A stretch of DNA of 64,000 nt from Elsinoe ampelina (lineage: Eukaryota). A program made the position numbers and the translations under genes. Shown one piece after another: positions 1 through 11,863 of the stretch (its first letter is position 1; every line of letters begins with the position of its first letter). The notes under the pieces were generated by a model. That model saw nothing but the letters and a program-made list of their open reading frames with translations. It had not been told where the DNA came from and searched no databases. The stretch lies in the NCBI GenBank assembly GCA_010093995.1, contig ML992505.1, positions 1,718,670 through 1,782,669 of the forward strand, written 5' to 3'.

Positions 1-1683
1 GCAAAGCGATAGCGGGAGGAGGCGCTGAAATCAAACACCCGTGCCCGGTTGATGTCCATGTCAAGATGAGAGAAGCAGGGGATGTTCTTGTCAGGAGAAT
101 CGAGGAAGAAGAAGCGACCGAAAAAACGCCGGCAAAGGCGAGCCAGCGCCGCGGTTGGTAGGGGCGGAAGCGTCCCGAATCGGCACATCCCAGATCCAAG
201 GTGGGCACGCTGTCAAGATGTGGCTTGCGTAGCATCATTCTATCGTGGACCTGCAGCATGCATCGTGCCGCATGTATTCAATTTTGTTCCAATTTTGCGG
301 ATGCTTTTGTTTCTCAGTCGATTCGACAGCATCGAAATGCGACTGTATGTGTCTCTCAAGACTTTGCCCCCCAGACGAAACACAACGGTATGACTATCAA
401 GCGGCAAGTAGAACCGGCGGCATCTGGACGCATCATGTCGACGTCGCAACAGCCTTGGACCTCGACTGTTTGACTGAATGTACCCAGCACTGAACAACAA
501 TCTGTAATTCCCATTGGATGGGAAAAGTCAGAGATACCGTATCATCGGATTTGCTGATGGTGGACCTAGCTTGACCTTTGACGTGCATGAATAGCCGCAG
601 CCACTTTTTCCTGATTGAGTGATTGAGAGGCGAGCCAAAGTCCCGTCGTCCCAGAACGTTTTGCTCCCTAAATTTTGTGTCGACTTTGGGTTGACTGGAA
701 ACGACAGAAACGATCACAACGACGTGAAGAGGCTCTGAGCTCCGCGCGACTTGCCGTCAACGTCGCTGACCCCGAAATCTAAAAGGCTTACGACGCTTCG
801 TCTCTCAAACAGAATTGACCTTTGTGGCGCTAACATGGGTGTTGAATCATGAGACCTGGTCCTGTTGCGGCGGGCTGGGAAGCCACTATCATTCATACTC
901 AGTATCATGTGCTGAGACGAGGCCGCCAAACAGACCACTCCTCAGCCATCTCATTGTTGATCAAACGAATTCGTCGCGCGTGACCGGGGTCTAGCTTCTG
1001 CTGTTACAGACTCCTGTTGATTCCCGAACGAAAGACGGAAAGGGGACACGGCCGATTCAAGTCGAAAACCATTTGATGGAAAAGGAGCAAAATTGCGAGT
1101 CAGGCATGGCCGAACACACAAAGTCATGACAGGTCTTGGCAGGAACTGGCGGCTCTTCTTGTCTTGTCACTTAGTCCCATTGGATAAGATCTTTGACAAT
1201 CAAGTGGAAGGTCCCGATGTATAGTTGAGCTGCAATACAGGAGGCTCTCGTGCCTGACATGAGTGTCATGCAAATTTAGGACGGCGACGTTAGACCTTTG
1301 TCACTTTCCACGCCGTGCGTGCCAAGCATTTCTTCCCGCTCTCGTCGGAATACCACAACTTCTCAGCTTCACGAGCTATGCCGCACATCAGATTATTCTC
1401 CATCCCAGACGACAGATAAGGCCCAAGACCCCCCCATAATGAGAGGCAACGCCACGTATTGATAATTGGTAATACCGGATACATCACGCGACCGCTGCGC
1501 AACTGCAGATTGCTCGTTCTTCCTCCTCGGCCTCTTCGCTCACCCCCATCCCAACTGATACGTTCGCTTTGTGTCAAGAGCTTGTCATACAACCGATCGC
1601 ATGGTACATCGGTGCTGATTGCATGCGCGACAAAGGCTTCTTGACATCGGTCAAAGCCTGCGCGTCCGCGCCGACCGCCCGTC

Positions 1684-4335
1684 ATGGATATCAATGCTCT
1701 CATGAACAAAGAGCCCACCGCATCTGGCGACCAGCATCAAAGAGGCCCACCACCAGTTCAAAGACAGCCGTCAGTGGCGCGCTCAGCCTCTGATAACTAT
1801 GGCACTCCTCCGCCGCCCCAACAATTCCAGAGGCCATCGATATCAGGATATCCAGCTCAACCACCACCACTCGATACACGTGCATCGACTTTTTCCAATC
1901 CAGGTTCAGTCAGCGCTCAGTATACCCCAATCAGGACCCCACAAGCGCAGCACACTCAGCAGTACCCATTTCCGCCTCAGTACCCGAGTCCAGTTCAAGC
2001 GCATCACCGCGGCGTCGAAAAATTTCCGTCCTTGACTCCCACTGGCAGGTCCGCATCCCATTCATACGGCCATCCTCAACCAGATCAGCGGTCGCCTTCG
2101 CTCTTTGCTGCTCCACCGCCTCCGCCGCACTCCTCGACTCACTCGCACACCTCTGCGACTCCCCCATCAGCGAACCTACAATCACCTTACGGAGCAAGAG
2201 CAAGTCCTGGCAGTGGACAACCACAGCATCAGATTCCATACGGTACCACTGTCCACCAATCCCATCCGAACACTCCTCTAGGTCCGCCGCCTGCACAACG
2301 TCCTCTCGTAACGACTCCTCGGGAAATAGTCAGTCCATACGCACCACATCAACGATCGTACTCAGGCACATCTGGACCAAAGAGTATCGCATCGAATTCT
2401 CCAGGTCCGGGAGTCTCTAGTATCAACAACATCCTTGACTCGCCGGCAGGATACCCCACAAACATCGACCACGTGAAGAGAAGGTCAACGGAACATCTGC
2501 CTCCAGCTGAAAGAGATCGGACCGCTAGTGTCAGCCCAAAAACTCAAGTCAGTCGGCGGAACCCTTCAACAGACTCTCGACATAACAGTCAGGATCCGTG
2601 GTCGGCGCGTTCTTCAATCAACCAAGGTCGACCTGACACCGATCCACGAGGCTCATCATTCGACCAGCCACCAGCATCATACCCAGTCCCGCCCACCGGC
2701 TCACTTTCCCGATCATCTACGGGTCACTTCAGTCAAGGTGCGCCGAGCCCGCTATCACAAGCTCACAGTTTACCACCGCAAAGACAAGTGTCAACTGATC
2801 ACTTTCATCGAGCCTCGATCGTAGAAGCTCAACAACAACCTCCAACCTTCAAAAGACCGTCCGAAGATATCCCTCACCACTTTCCTCGAGAAGAACAAAA
2901 AGTGTCACTCTTGCAACAGCCCGTGTCGCAACCCATCATGTCTGGTGTACCACCAGCTCGCGAAGATACTGTGCAAGCAAACACCCCGTTGAAACGCCGC
3001 GCCGAAGACTTGCAGCAGCCAGAAGCCAAGAAAGCCCGAACTCAGTACAAGGAGCCGCCGCCATGGGCGAGACTACACCCTTCGAATCCAGGATATGAGA
3101 ACCAGATCCAAAGGTATCCTCACCTAAAAGACATGAAGATGCCAGATCCTCGATCCGCCCCTCGACCTCAGCAACCTCAGAGCACTGCCCCTTTGCCTAT
3201 TGCACGTCCTGCCGCTCAGCCACCACCAACGCCGGCGCAAACCAATGGTCAGGTCGTCTCGCAGCCGGACTTGGCAGACAAGAGAAAGACCGATGTCTCT
3301 CGGCTACTGAATATGCCGTGGGAGCTGTCAATCATTGACCAAGAATTACAGAACCCCATCACCAAATCTGTTGGTATCTTCTTCTACCACCAGCTGAGAA
3401 GGCCAGAGCTCATGGCAAGCAATCTCGGGGGCGGAAACATCGAAATAGAGGCCAAGATTGGTACTCTCGTCGACATTGACACGAAAGCACGCCTTCAGCT
3501 ACCGATCGTGACTACCGCCGTCCTCCACGAAGAATATAGCAAGAGACTCAAGTTTGAGAGCATGATGAACGAGGTAGATTGCGACAATCTCGTTTCTCCT
3601 ACATTCGAAAAAGATCTGACCCCTACCCAGTTGCAGAACAAGAACCTCAACGATCATCTCAACGTGCTTCTCAGAGTCTCCCGAGGCTTGGCCCAGTTGC
3701 AAGGCGTTCGCGACCAGAATCGTGTCCCTCTCGCATATCGCCATCGCCACGAACGAGATACCTTTGTCCCCCTCTCCCAATATGGCTTTGACAAGCTCTC
3801 GCCATTCGCCCAGACAGCTTTAAAGGCGTCACGCCGGGACAATCCAAGACTTCGTGTCACCTACGAAAATGACCCGAAACGTGACAAGAGCATTCCGGCA
3901 CCAGTTCTCGCCAAGATTGTCAAGGTTCGTATTGCAGACCTGGATATTCACTGTCCCACAGATCCCTTTGACATTCGTATCTCGATCAACATCGAAGTCG
4001 ACTTCCACAACAGACCCGACGTCGACCAGGACCTTCTGGCTGACACGCCCACCGATATGGAAGTCGAAGGTCCGAACTCGCGCCGGCGAAGGGATGACCC
4101 GGACCGATTGAAGGACAGAATCAGCTATAATCACCTGTTATATCAAATCGACCTTACGCAAGTCGTGACGGATATCCCAGGTGCTCCCGAGAAGAAGCAC
4201 GAGCTAGAGGTGGAGGTAGACGGGAATGTGTTACAGGAGCAGCTGGTGTTACTCCAGCAGAATAAGGAGAACGCTTTTGGTGAGATTGTGGATGGGTTGA
4301 TGAATAACGTCCTATTGTTGGCACGGGATAGGTAA
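1684..4335 (+). CDS. CET1: mRNA capping enzyme beta subunit (RNA 5'-triphosphatase, CYTH/TTM family)
   Basis: Long P/S/Q-rich N-terminus, then motif A EIEAKIG, KIVKVRIADL, FDIRISIN, R.KDRISY, IDLTQV and motif C HELEVEVD. Probable in-frame 57-nt intron at 3574-3630 (GTAGAT..CTGAC..CAG). Confidence 0.92.
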   Translation: MDINALMNKEPTASGDQHQRGPPPVQRQPSVARSASDNYGTPPPPQQFQRPSISGYPAQPPPLDTRASTFSNPGSVSAQYTPIRTPQAQHTQQYPFPPQYPSPVQAHHRGVEKFPSLTPTGRSASHSYGHPQPDQRSPSLFAAPPPPPHSSTHSHTSATPPSANLQSPYGARASPGSGQPQHQIPYGTTVHQSHPNTPLGPPPAQRPLVTTPREIVSPYAPHQRSYSGTSGPKSIASNSPGPGVSSINNILDSPAGYPTNIDHVKRRSTEHLPPAERDRTASVSPKTQVSRRNPSTDSRHNSQDPWSARSSINQGRPDTDPRGSSFDQPPASYPVPPTGSLSRSSTGHFSQGAPSPLSQAHSLPPQRQVSTDHFHRASIVEAQQQPPTFKRPSEDIPHHFPREEQKVSLLQQPVSQPIMSGVPPAREDTVQANTPLKRRAEDLQQPEAKKARTQYKEPPPWARLHPSNPGYENQIQRYPHLKDMKMPDPRSAPRPQQPQSTAPLPIARPAAQPPPTPAQTNGQVVSQPDLADKRKTDVSRLLNMPWELSIIDQELQNPITKSVGIFFYHQLRRPELMASNLGGGNIEIEAKIGTLVDIDTKARLQLPIVTTAVLHEEYSKRLKFESMMNEVDCDNLVSPTFEKDLTPTQLQNKNLNDHLNVLLRVSRGLAQLQGVRDQNRVPLAYRHRHERDTFVPLSQYGFDKLSPFAQTALKASRRDNPRLRVTYENDPKRDKSIPAPVLAKIVKVRIADLDIHCPTDPFDIRISINIEVDFHNRPDVDQDLLADTPTDMEVEGPNSRRRRDDPDRLKDRISYNHLLYQIDLTQVVTDIPGAPEKKHELEVEVDGNVLQEQLVLLQQNKENAFGEIVDGLMNNVLLLARDR

Positions 4336-5221
4336 GAGGTGGAATTACGATGGACGGGGGGAGTCGGATTGGTGGATGATACCCAGCTTGAATTGATGAT
4401 TTTTCTGCTAATCCCTATTCTCCCTTGACGCTAAACTGCAGTATGGTGTTTGCTGATGGCTTGAGCAGTGCCGCCCGAATGTCACTTGTAGGAAGCATGT
4501 GCTTGTTGCACGCGGTTTCGAGGGCGACTGCAACCCCCTCGCTGCGCTACTAGACGCTGCATTCACCCGCCTCTACCCGACCGAGGGGTTCGGGATGTGA
4601 TACAAGTCGCTGTGTCTGATTCCATCTCCGGAGATGGTACCATGGTTTGCGCACTTTTTCTGCCATGTCAGTGGGGCCTATACCACTGAAGGAGGCCTGG
4701 TGGCGAGTTGGGTCGGGGAGGATGGGTATGATTTCTACAGGCGGCATGATGAGGACGAGGACGTTGAGGATGCCGAGCGGAATCACCAGGGCAAAGTCGA
4801 TCATGTCTGAGGGTTGGTCTAGGCGGTATGTGCGGTCGTGGGATCGCACGCAAGGGCTTTGGCGGACTGTTGGACAGGAAAGAGGGAAAGCAAGTGGTGC
4901 CTCTCAGTGCAGCAGATCCGGCCAGGGCATTTGTCGGGAGGCGTGGCCACACATTTCAACCAGAATGGGGAATCGATGCCAGCTAGGCTAGAGGCGCTTC
5001 CCGACCCATTCGAGCAGTGGCTACTTTGCTAGAAATGGCTGATCGTCAAAGTACCTGAGGAGGGGGGAGAAAGCTTGCGGAATCAAGCAATTGCGTACAA
5101 AGCCAGGCATAAATCGAGAAGCTTGTGAAATCTTTTATGAGCAGAGTGTGCTGCATGGTATCTAGGTATTATGCACAATGACCTCCTCTTTCAACCGCCC
5201 TTCTCTCGCTTCTCCCCAGTA

Positions 5222-6900
5222 TCATCTCAGCTTCCCATTCCTCAATCCCTTCAGCCCCACCACTCCCGCATACCCCAATCCCACGCCTACTCCTCCCAAC
5301 ACAGCCGAGAACCACCACCCCAACACCGTCCCTTGCCTCTTCGCCCTCGCAATCACCTCATCGTACGGCACATTCTCGAAGCTGACTCTGCTGTACTGCG
5401 TTGCCCAACCCAAACCTGGCAACCACTTGCTCAGTCCCTCCTCGACTTTCTTCCGTAGTAGGTAAAGTGGTGACTGCACATCAGCTCGCATCTCCTGGTA
5501 GTTTTGCAGGGCCAGATCACAGATGGCTGCGGCTTGAGGGACGCGGATGGAGGAATACTCCTGTAACGCGGCGGCGATGGTTGGGTTGGGTGATGGCGAG
5601 GATGAGGGGGCAGAGGACGGAGCGCCTGAAGAGGGCGAAGTGGAGCAGTGCGCTGACGGTGAGGGAGCGGGTAGCGACGGACGAGACTTGGTGTGGCCGT
5701 TTGTGAAGGGGGAGTAGTGTCTGTCTAGTGTTTCGAAGAGGACCCGCACGTCTTCGAGACCGGCGTTCATGCCTTGGCCGTAGAAGGGGACCATGGCGTG
5801 GGCGGCGTCGCCCAGGATGACGGCTGATGAAGAGTGGTGGTGGGGGTCGCACTTGATGCTGATAAGTGGGAGGTGAGGATTGGTCTTGTATTGGGTCTGA
5901 AGGTCTGACTCTGAAATCAGGCGACGAGCGACGCCGGGGAAGTGTTTGTCGAAGAAGGGGATCAGGTTCTCTGGATGGGCGTCGAGGTCGGAGAAGTGGC
6001 TGGCAGGAAGGAAGAGGGTGCAAGTGAAGGATTTGTCCAGGGAGGGGATGGCGATGAACATAAATTCCTTGCCGGGCCAGATATGCAGGTGGTTTGGTGA
6101 GATGCGGAAGTCGTTCGCCTCAGATGGCTTCATGTGGAACTCGCACCAGAGCGTGTCGATGTAATTTTGGGAGTAGGTCATGCGGGTGAACTTCATGAGG
6201 TGATAGCGGACTGCAGAGTGGGCTCCATCACATCCCAGCATGAGGTCGAAGGAGATTTCGATTTCCTTTGCTCGGACTGTGCTTGATCCGGTCGACCGCT
6301 GCTCGAACCATGCTTTGTTGATGTTGAAGTCCGCACCTGTGAGCTTGTAGTTGAAGAAGATCTTGACGTTCGGAAGACTCTCGAGCTCATCCAGGAGTCT
6401 CTTGTTCAGCATGCCCCTGTCGGCTGCTCGAATATACTGTCACGTGTCAGAGTGAATTTTGTGGAAGCTTACAACAACATACGCGTCCATGGATATCATA
6501 TAGTTGTGATTCGTCTGTGAAGCTGCCAGATGACTCTCCATGTATCATTCGGCCATGCATTGGTAATGTCTCGGCCAGTATCGAGTCCAGTAGGCCTGGT
6601 CGGCCAGAGTGGCGCATGGCATTGATGCCGCGCTCCGACAAGGCAAGATTGATCGATTTTGTAAAATTGAGAGGGACTGTCGAAGGGTCGCGGAGGTCTA
6701 TCAGACGTGAGCATTTATTTCCGTGATATTGCTGCGGTCTCCTTCCCTACAGCTTCTGATGTTGTAATATCGGGTGTATGGAAATACTGACCTCCTCTCA
6801 ATTCATAGACCTCCACATCATGGCCACGATTCGCGGCATAGATGGCGGCTAGGGCACCCACTGGACCAGCGCCGACGACAACGACCTTCTTTCCGGTCAT
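5222..6900 (-). CDS. BNA4: Kynurenine 3-monooxygenase (FAD-dependent)
   Basis: [13 protein letters not shown] motif in exon 1, [51 protein letters not shown] and a C-terminal TM anchor. Two introns (~6698-6791 and ~6438-6481). Confidence 0.95.
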
Positions 6901-7294
6901 GTTGCCGTGAAAATGGGCAGGAGAAGTCAAAGAGTCATTTCAAAAATTAATTGTCTCGATCTGACCAGATTCGATTTCCGATCTCAATTCGTCATCGAAC
7001 GACGGCAGGGCCCGGAACGAGAACCACCACTGCTTCGTCCCAGAGATCTTCAGCCCTACGAGGAGTACGGGAATTCGCCTGTATAGATCTCTTTGTGCTC
7101 TCTCGATCCGCATTCCACCCACTGATCGTCCTCGCTAATCTCATCCCACCGCTGATCCTGCACAACCCAATCTCGACTTGGTTTTTGCCGACGAATCGCA
7201 GACCTTAGTTACCTTGTCCATCGACCCGGAGCGCAGCAACCCTGATGGCTGTTTGAAACCCTGCCCCGCCTTTGACAACTGCCAACGACCATAC

Positions 7295-8664
7295 ATGATG
7301 AAGGGCGAGGACGCCTCGAAACCTCGCAAGTGTGAGGGCGTCGACTGTCCAAACGATGCAGGCAGTCTGCAGTGCCCAACGTGCCAAAAACAGGGCAAAG
7401 ACGCATTCTTTTGCTCGCAGGACTGTTTCAAGAGAAGCTGGGTACATTGGTCTGCCCAAGTACATGCTGTCCAAAGACTGACATATCGGCAGGGTACACA
7501 CAAGGCCGTCCACAAGAAAGAGGGTAATCCCATCCGCAACCTACTCGCTCCAAAAGTCATTTCTGAACCTGATCCAGCTACCGGACAATACAATCCTTTC
7601 CCGACATACTCGTACACTGGCGCAGTCCGACCTGTCTATCCTTTGTCTCCTCGAAGAACAATACCAGACCACATACCTCAGCCAGATTACGCCAAGGACG
7701 GCGTGCCTCGATCAGAACAGGTCTTTGTAGGGCGCAACAAGATCACGATATTGGACAAGGCGCAACAGGATGGCATGCGCAAGGTGTGCCGATTGGCAAG
7801 AGAAGTGCTGGACATAGCAGCGCGGGCAGCCAAGCCTGGCGTAACAACAGACCACATTGACGAGGTGGTACACAAGGCTTGCATTGAAAGAGACGTAGGT
7901 CGACCATCACGAGGAGCGGCGGGTCTTACTGACATAGTGACAGTCATATCCCTCCCCGCTTAATTACTGCAACTTCCCCAAGTCGGTCTGCACATCTGTC
8001 AACGAAGTCATCTGTCACGGAATCCCGGATCAGTATGTTCTCAAAGATGGCGATATTATCAACATCGACGTCACTTTATATCACGGTGGCTTTCACGGCG
8101 ACATCAACGAGACCTACTATGTGGGTGACAAGGCTCTAGCAGATCCCGATGCGGTGCGAGTAGTCGAGACGTCGCGACAATGCCTGGATGAAGCCATCGC
8201 AATCGCCAAGGTGGGCACTCCGTTCCGAGACTACGGCAACGTGATCGAGAAGCACGCCAAATCAAAAGGATGCAGCACGGTCAAGACGTACTGCGGACAC
8301 GGCATCAATACCCTTTTCCATTGTGCACCGAATGTACCACATTATGCAAAGAACAAAGCTGTGGGACAAGCCAAGCCGGGGATGTGCTTTACCATTGAAC
8401 CTATGATTTGCTTGGGGACCTACAAGGATAAGACCTGGCCGGACAATTGGACAAGCGTGACAACCGATGGACTGAGGAGTGCACAGTTTGGTGAGTGGGA
8501 ACTCTACTGAGGATGATTCGCAGTACTGACCTCGATCAGAACACACGTTATTGGTTACAGAGGACGGGATTGAGGTTCTTACGGCAAGGTTCCCAGACTC
8601 ACCTGGAGGGCCTGTGGAGGAGATCAAGTCGAGTAATGGGACGAATGGTGATAGTGTATCATGA
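7295..8664 (+). CDS. MAP1: Methionine aminopeptidase 1 with N-terminal zinc finger
   Basis: Cxxxx[16 protein letters not shown] zinc finger, [45 protein letters not shown]. Introns at 7442-7492, ~7895-7943 and ~8491-8539. Confidence 0.95.
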
Positions 8665-8814
8665 GCAAGAATACCCTAATGAGCTATACTGAACCTGCGC
8701 ACTCATTTCGAATTCTGCACTGGTAGTATTCTGCACTGGTATGTATCGCTCGAGGCTTGCACTTGTGATAAACCGAGCGTGGCTCCTGCACAGACTCTCG
8801 TTCTGGTAGTGCAC

Positions 8815-8858
8815 CACGTGACTTCGCGTCTTCTCCGCTTCGCTTCCGACGCGTCTTC
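8815..8858 (+). promoter_or_regulatory. SRS2 promoter: CACGTGAC (bHLH/Cbf1-type) box plus an MCB element ACGCGT (8849-8854) and a CGCGT half-site
   Basis: Motifs lie ~55-100 nt upstream of the SRS2 ATG and CGCGTCTTC occurs twice. MCB boxes are typical of fungal G1/S DNA-repair genes. Confidence 0.45.
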
Positions 8859-8911
8859 CACCACGTCTAATCCATCCGAGACCATCGTCCCACATAAACA
8901 CCACCCAACCC

Positions 8912-11680
8912 ATGGATGATCTCCTCGCCGGCCTGAATCTCGCACAGCGCGCCGCCGTGACCTCGCCCGCCAACGTCCTCCAAGTTCTCGCTCCGCCTGG
9001 CTCCGGCAAGACCAAAACCCTTACCGCACGCGTTGCCTACCTCATCTCGCAATGCGGCTACAAGCCATGGAACATCATCGTGTGCACCTTCACCGTCAAG
9101 GCGGCCAAGGAGATGCAACATCGTCTGCAAGGACAAATTGGTGAGGAAGCGGCGAAGAAGCTCGTGTTGGGAACATTCCATTCAGTCGCGAGGAGATATC
9201 TGGTGCGGTATGGCGAGGAGATCGGGCTGAAGAAGGGTTGGGGTATAGCGGACGCGGGAGATCAGAAGGCGATTGTTAAGCGAATTATCAAGGAGCAAGG
9301 CTTGGGCATCGACGCTGGGAAGGCGTTGGGGAGGATAAGTGCTAGCAAGAGCCGGAGCAAGACGGCGGATATGGTTGCGGCGGAGATGAAGAAGAAGGAT
9401 GAGGAGGGGGTGGAGTTTGTAGCGGTATATCAGGGATATGAGAGCGCTCTGGAGCTGTCGAATTTGCTGGACTATGACGATCTGCTGCTGCGATGTAAAG
9501 ATCTACTGAGGACGAATCCATCCGTGGTGGGGAATGTACAGGCTGTGTTGATCGATGAGTTTCAAGACACGAATGAGGTACAATTCGAGCTGATGAACAA
9601 CTTTGCTCAGCGGCACAAGACGATCACCATTGTTGGAGACCCCGATCAAAGTATCTATGGATGGAGGAATGCGGAGATTGAGAACCTCAACAAGATGAAA
9701 ATGCTATACCCTGACACGGTCGTCATATTTCTGGAAGAGAACTACCGCAGCTCGGGCAGCATCTTGAACGCTGCACAGACCGTCATTGAACAGGACACGG
9801 CAAGACCGGACAAGAAGTTACAGGCTACGCACGGCCATGGAGAGGCACCAGTGCTGAGAAGACTACCAAATGCAGAGGTGGAAGCAAGGTGGCTAGTCTC
9901 TGAGATCAAGAGATCGCAAGGCATGAGCGGTGGAATGCTGGAGCACAACGACTATGCGATCTTACTTAGGTCAGCACAGCTTAGTCGGCATATCGAGCAG
10001 GCACTCGGTAATGCCGGGTTGCCATATCGAATGGTAGGGGGGACTAAATTCTACGATCGTGTCGAGATCAAGATTCTGCTTGACTATCTCCGGGTCATTG
10101 AGCATCCAGAGCACAATGATGCGCTTCTTCGGATCATCAACGTCCCATCAAGGAATGTCGGAGAGGTCACAGTCAAGAAGCTGCTTGACGAGGCAACCAG
10201 CAAGAGTCTACCGGTCTGGAAGCTGTTACTCGACTGCGTGCAAGGGAAGAGGAAGCCATCTACGAAGCTGTCCGCGCAAGCAGAGAGAGGTCTCAGCGAG
10301 TTCGTCAATATCATCCTCACTGCGCGCAAGAAAAAGGATACATCTACCCCTTCCGACCTTCTCGAACTTGTTCTCAAGCGACTCGATTACAACATTTTTT
10401 TGCACCGCAAATACCCTGAAGATGCGGACGATCGCCTCGCCAACGTCTCCGAACTCCAGACGCAGACTAAGGATCTAACTGCGGCCATCGAGTCAGGCTC
10501 ATTTGGCGACGAGCCACTCCCGTCCTTATCGGAAGATGCACAACCACCTGATGACTTCGAATCACCTCTTTCTATCTTCCTCGCTAATATTGCTCTCTCA
10601 TCCGCAGCCGATACCAAAGACACTCCCGCCTCGACAGTCACCATCTCCACCATCCATGCTGCGAAAGGCCTTGAATGGCCTGTCGTCTTCCTCCCTGCCT
10701 GCTACGATGGTTCTATCCCCCACAGCCGAGCAGAGAACCACGACGAAGAGCGCCGCCTACTCTACGTAGGTATGACCCGAGCTCAAGGACTGCTGTACCT
10801 CTCCTGCCCAACCAAGAACAGTCAGCAAGGTGAAACAGTGCTGTCTTCATTCTTGACGCAAGATGGAGTGGAGAAGTGTTTCGCTTCACGCGGGTCGGAA
10901 CTGGATTCCTTTGTACGCATCGGCAGACTAGCCGCGACGTTGGGCCGGCCTTGCCCTCCCTTCGCACAACTTGAGCAGACTCGCACGACCGTAGAGCAAT
11001 GGGACGACACGTACTGGCCTGAAGACGGCACCTGGCCCATCGAAGAACAAAATCGATGGGACCACGGCACATCTGGCGCTAGCTTCGGAGGCAAAGCAGG
11101 CTTCATGACAGCGGCGAGAGTCACGATGGACAAGGCGGAAGGCTTCGGAGTGCAGACCACCGTGCAAAGCCTACACGGCACCTTTGCCAGTGCTAGAAGC
11201 AGGATGCAAGAGCTAGAGGTGCTTGAAGAGGAAAGCAAGGCGAAGACGCTGGACAAGCGATTGAAGGAGGAAAATAAGGCCAAGGGAAAGAAGGAGGTGG
11301 CGCAGGCCAAGCACGGCAGTGACATCAAGAGCTTCTTCGGCGGAGGAGGAAGTGCTGGTAGTGTCAAGCCTGCTGGTAGTATCAAGACCACGGGAACTAC
11401 CAGGGCCGAGGCGCCGCCAGGAGAACGGAGACCCCTGACCGAGGTCCTACCAGCTCCTCCGGCCTTGTTCCATAGGGTGGCCACGCAGCCACTGCTGAAG
11501 CGCCCTCGTCTGCAGGAAGAAGGCGAGGAGAATCGCCGACCATCAGCTCCAGCAGCCGTGCGGCCGGCCATGACGATGCACACCACGACTGTATCGTCGT
11601 TAGGTACTACCAGTAACCCCAAGAAGACGTTGGGCATGGGACGCAGCTTCAAGCCATGGAGCGCGAGGACGAATAAATGA
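8912..11680 (+). CDS. SRS2: UvrD/Srs2-family ATP-dependent DNA helicase
   Basis: LNLAQRAAV Q-motif, APPGSGKT Walker A, VLIDEFQDTN, VGDPDQSIYGWR, LEENYRS, TISTIHAAKGLEWPVVF, EERRLLYVGMTRA. Intronless. Confidence 0.95.
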   Translation: MDDLLAGLNLAQRAAVTSPANVLQVLAPPGSGKTKTLTARVAYLISQCGYKPWNIIVCTFTVKAAKEMQHRLQGQIGEEAAKKLVLGTFHSVARRYLVRYGEEIGLKKGWGIADAGDQKAIVKRIIKEQGLGIDAGKALGRISASKSRSKTADMVAAEMKKKDEEGVEFVAVYQGYESALELSNLLDYDDLLLRCKDLLRTNPSVVGNVQAVLIDEFQDTNEVQFELMNNFAQRHKTITIVGDPDQSIYGWRNAEIENLNKMKMLYPDTVVIFLEENYRSSGSILNAAQTVIEQDTARPDKKLQATHGHGEAPVLRRLPNAEVEARWLVSEIKRSQGMSGGMLEHNDYAILLRSAQLSRHIEQALGNAGLPYRMVGGTKFYDRVEIKILLDYLRVIEHPEHNDALLRIINVPSRNVGEVTVKKLLDEATSKSLPVWKLLLDCVQGKRKPSTKLSAQAERGLSEFVNIILTARKKKDTSTPSDLLELVLKRLDYNIFLHRKYPEDADDRLANVSELQTQTKDLTAAIESGSFGDEPLPSLSEDAQPPDDFESPLSIFLANIALSSAADTKDTPASTVTISTIHAAKGLEWPVVFLPACYDGSIPHSRAENHDEERRLLYVGMTRAQGLLYLSCPTKNSQQGETVLSSFLTQDGVEKCFASRGSELDSFVRIGRLAATLGRPCPPFAQLEQTRTTVEQWDDTYWPEDGTWPIEEQNRWDHGTSGASFGGKAGFMTAARVTMDKAEGFGVQTTVQSLHGTFASARSRMQELEVLEEESKAKTLDKRLKEENKAKGKKEVAQAKHGSDIKSFFGGGGSAGSVKPAGSIKTTGTTRAEAPPGERRPLTEVLPAPPALFHRVATQPLLKRPRLQEEGEENRRPSAPAAVRPAMTMHTTTVSSLGTTSNPKKTLGMGRSFKPWSARTNK

Positions 11681-11863
11681 TATCGATATCGCTGTACATT
11701 TCAAGCATAGCGGGCATGCATAGCGCGGCGTTGGCTCTAAGGTCTACATTACTACCAGGCCCGGTAGACATCCACATGATACCCAAATCCAACATCTTAC
11801 CACCCAGTCTTCCTCGGCCTTCCTCTTTCTTGTCACCCACCATCGGCTTACATCTCTACGAGT

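Noticed and set aside
1..1683. Short overlapping ORFs and splice-like signals upstream of CET1
   Set aside because: No recognisable protein or RNA motif and no consistent exon chain; treated as promoter/intergenic.
4550..5032. Small ORFs between the convergent CET1 and KMO genes
   Set aside because: Low-complexity, G-rich 3' region with no family features.
10822..11652. 276-aa antisense ORF
   Set aside because: Shadow of the SRS2 coding strand.
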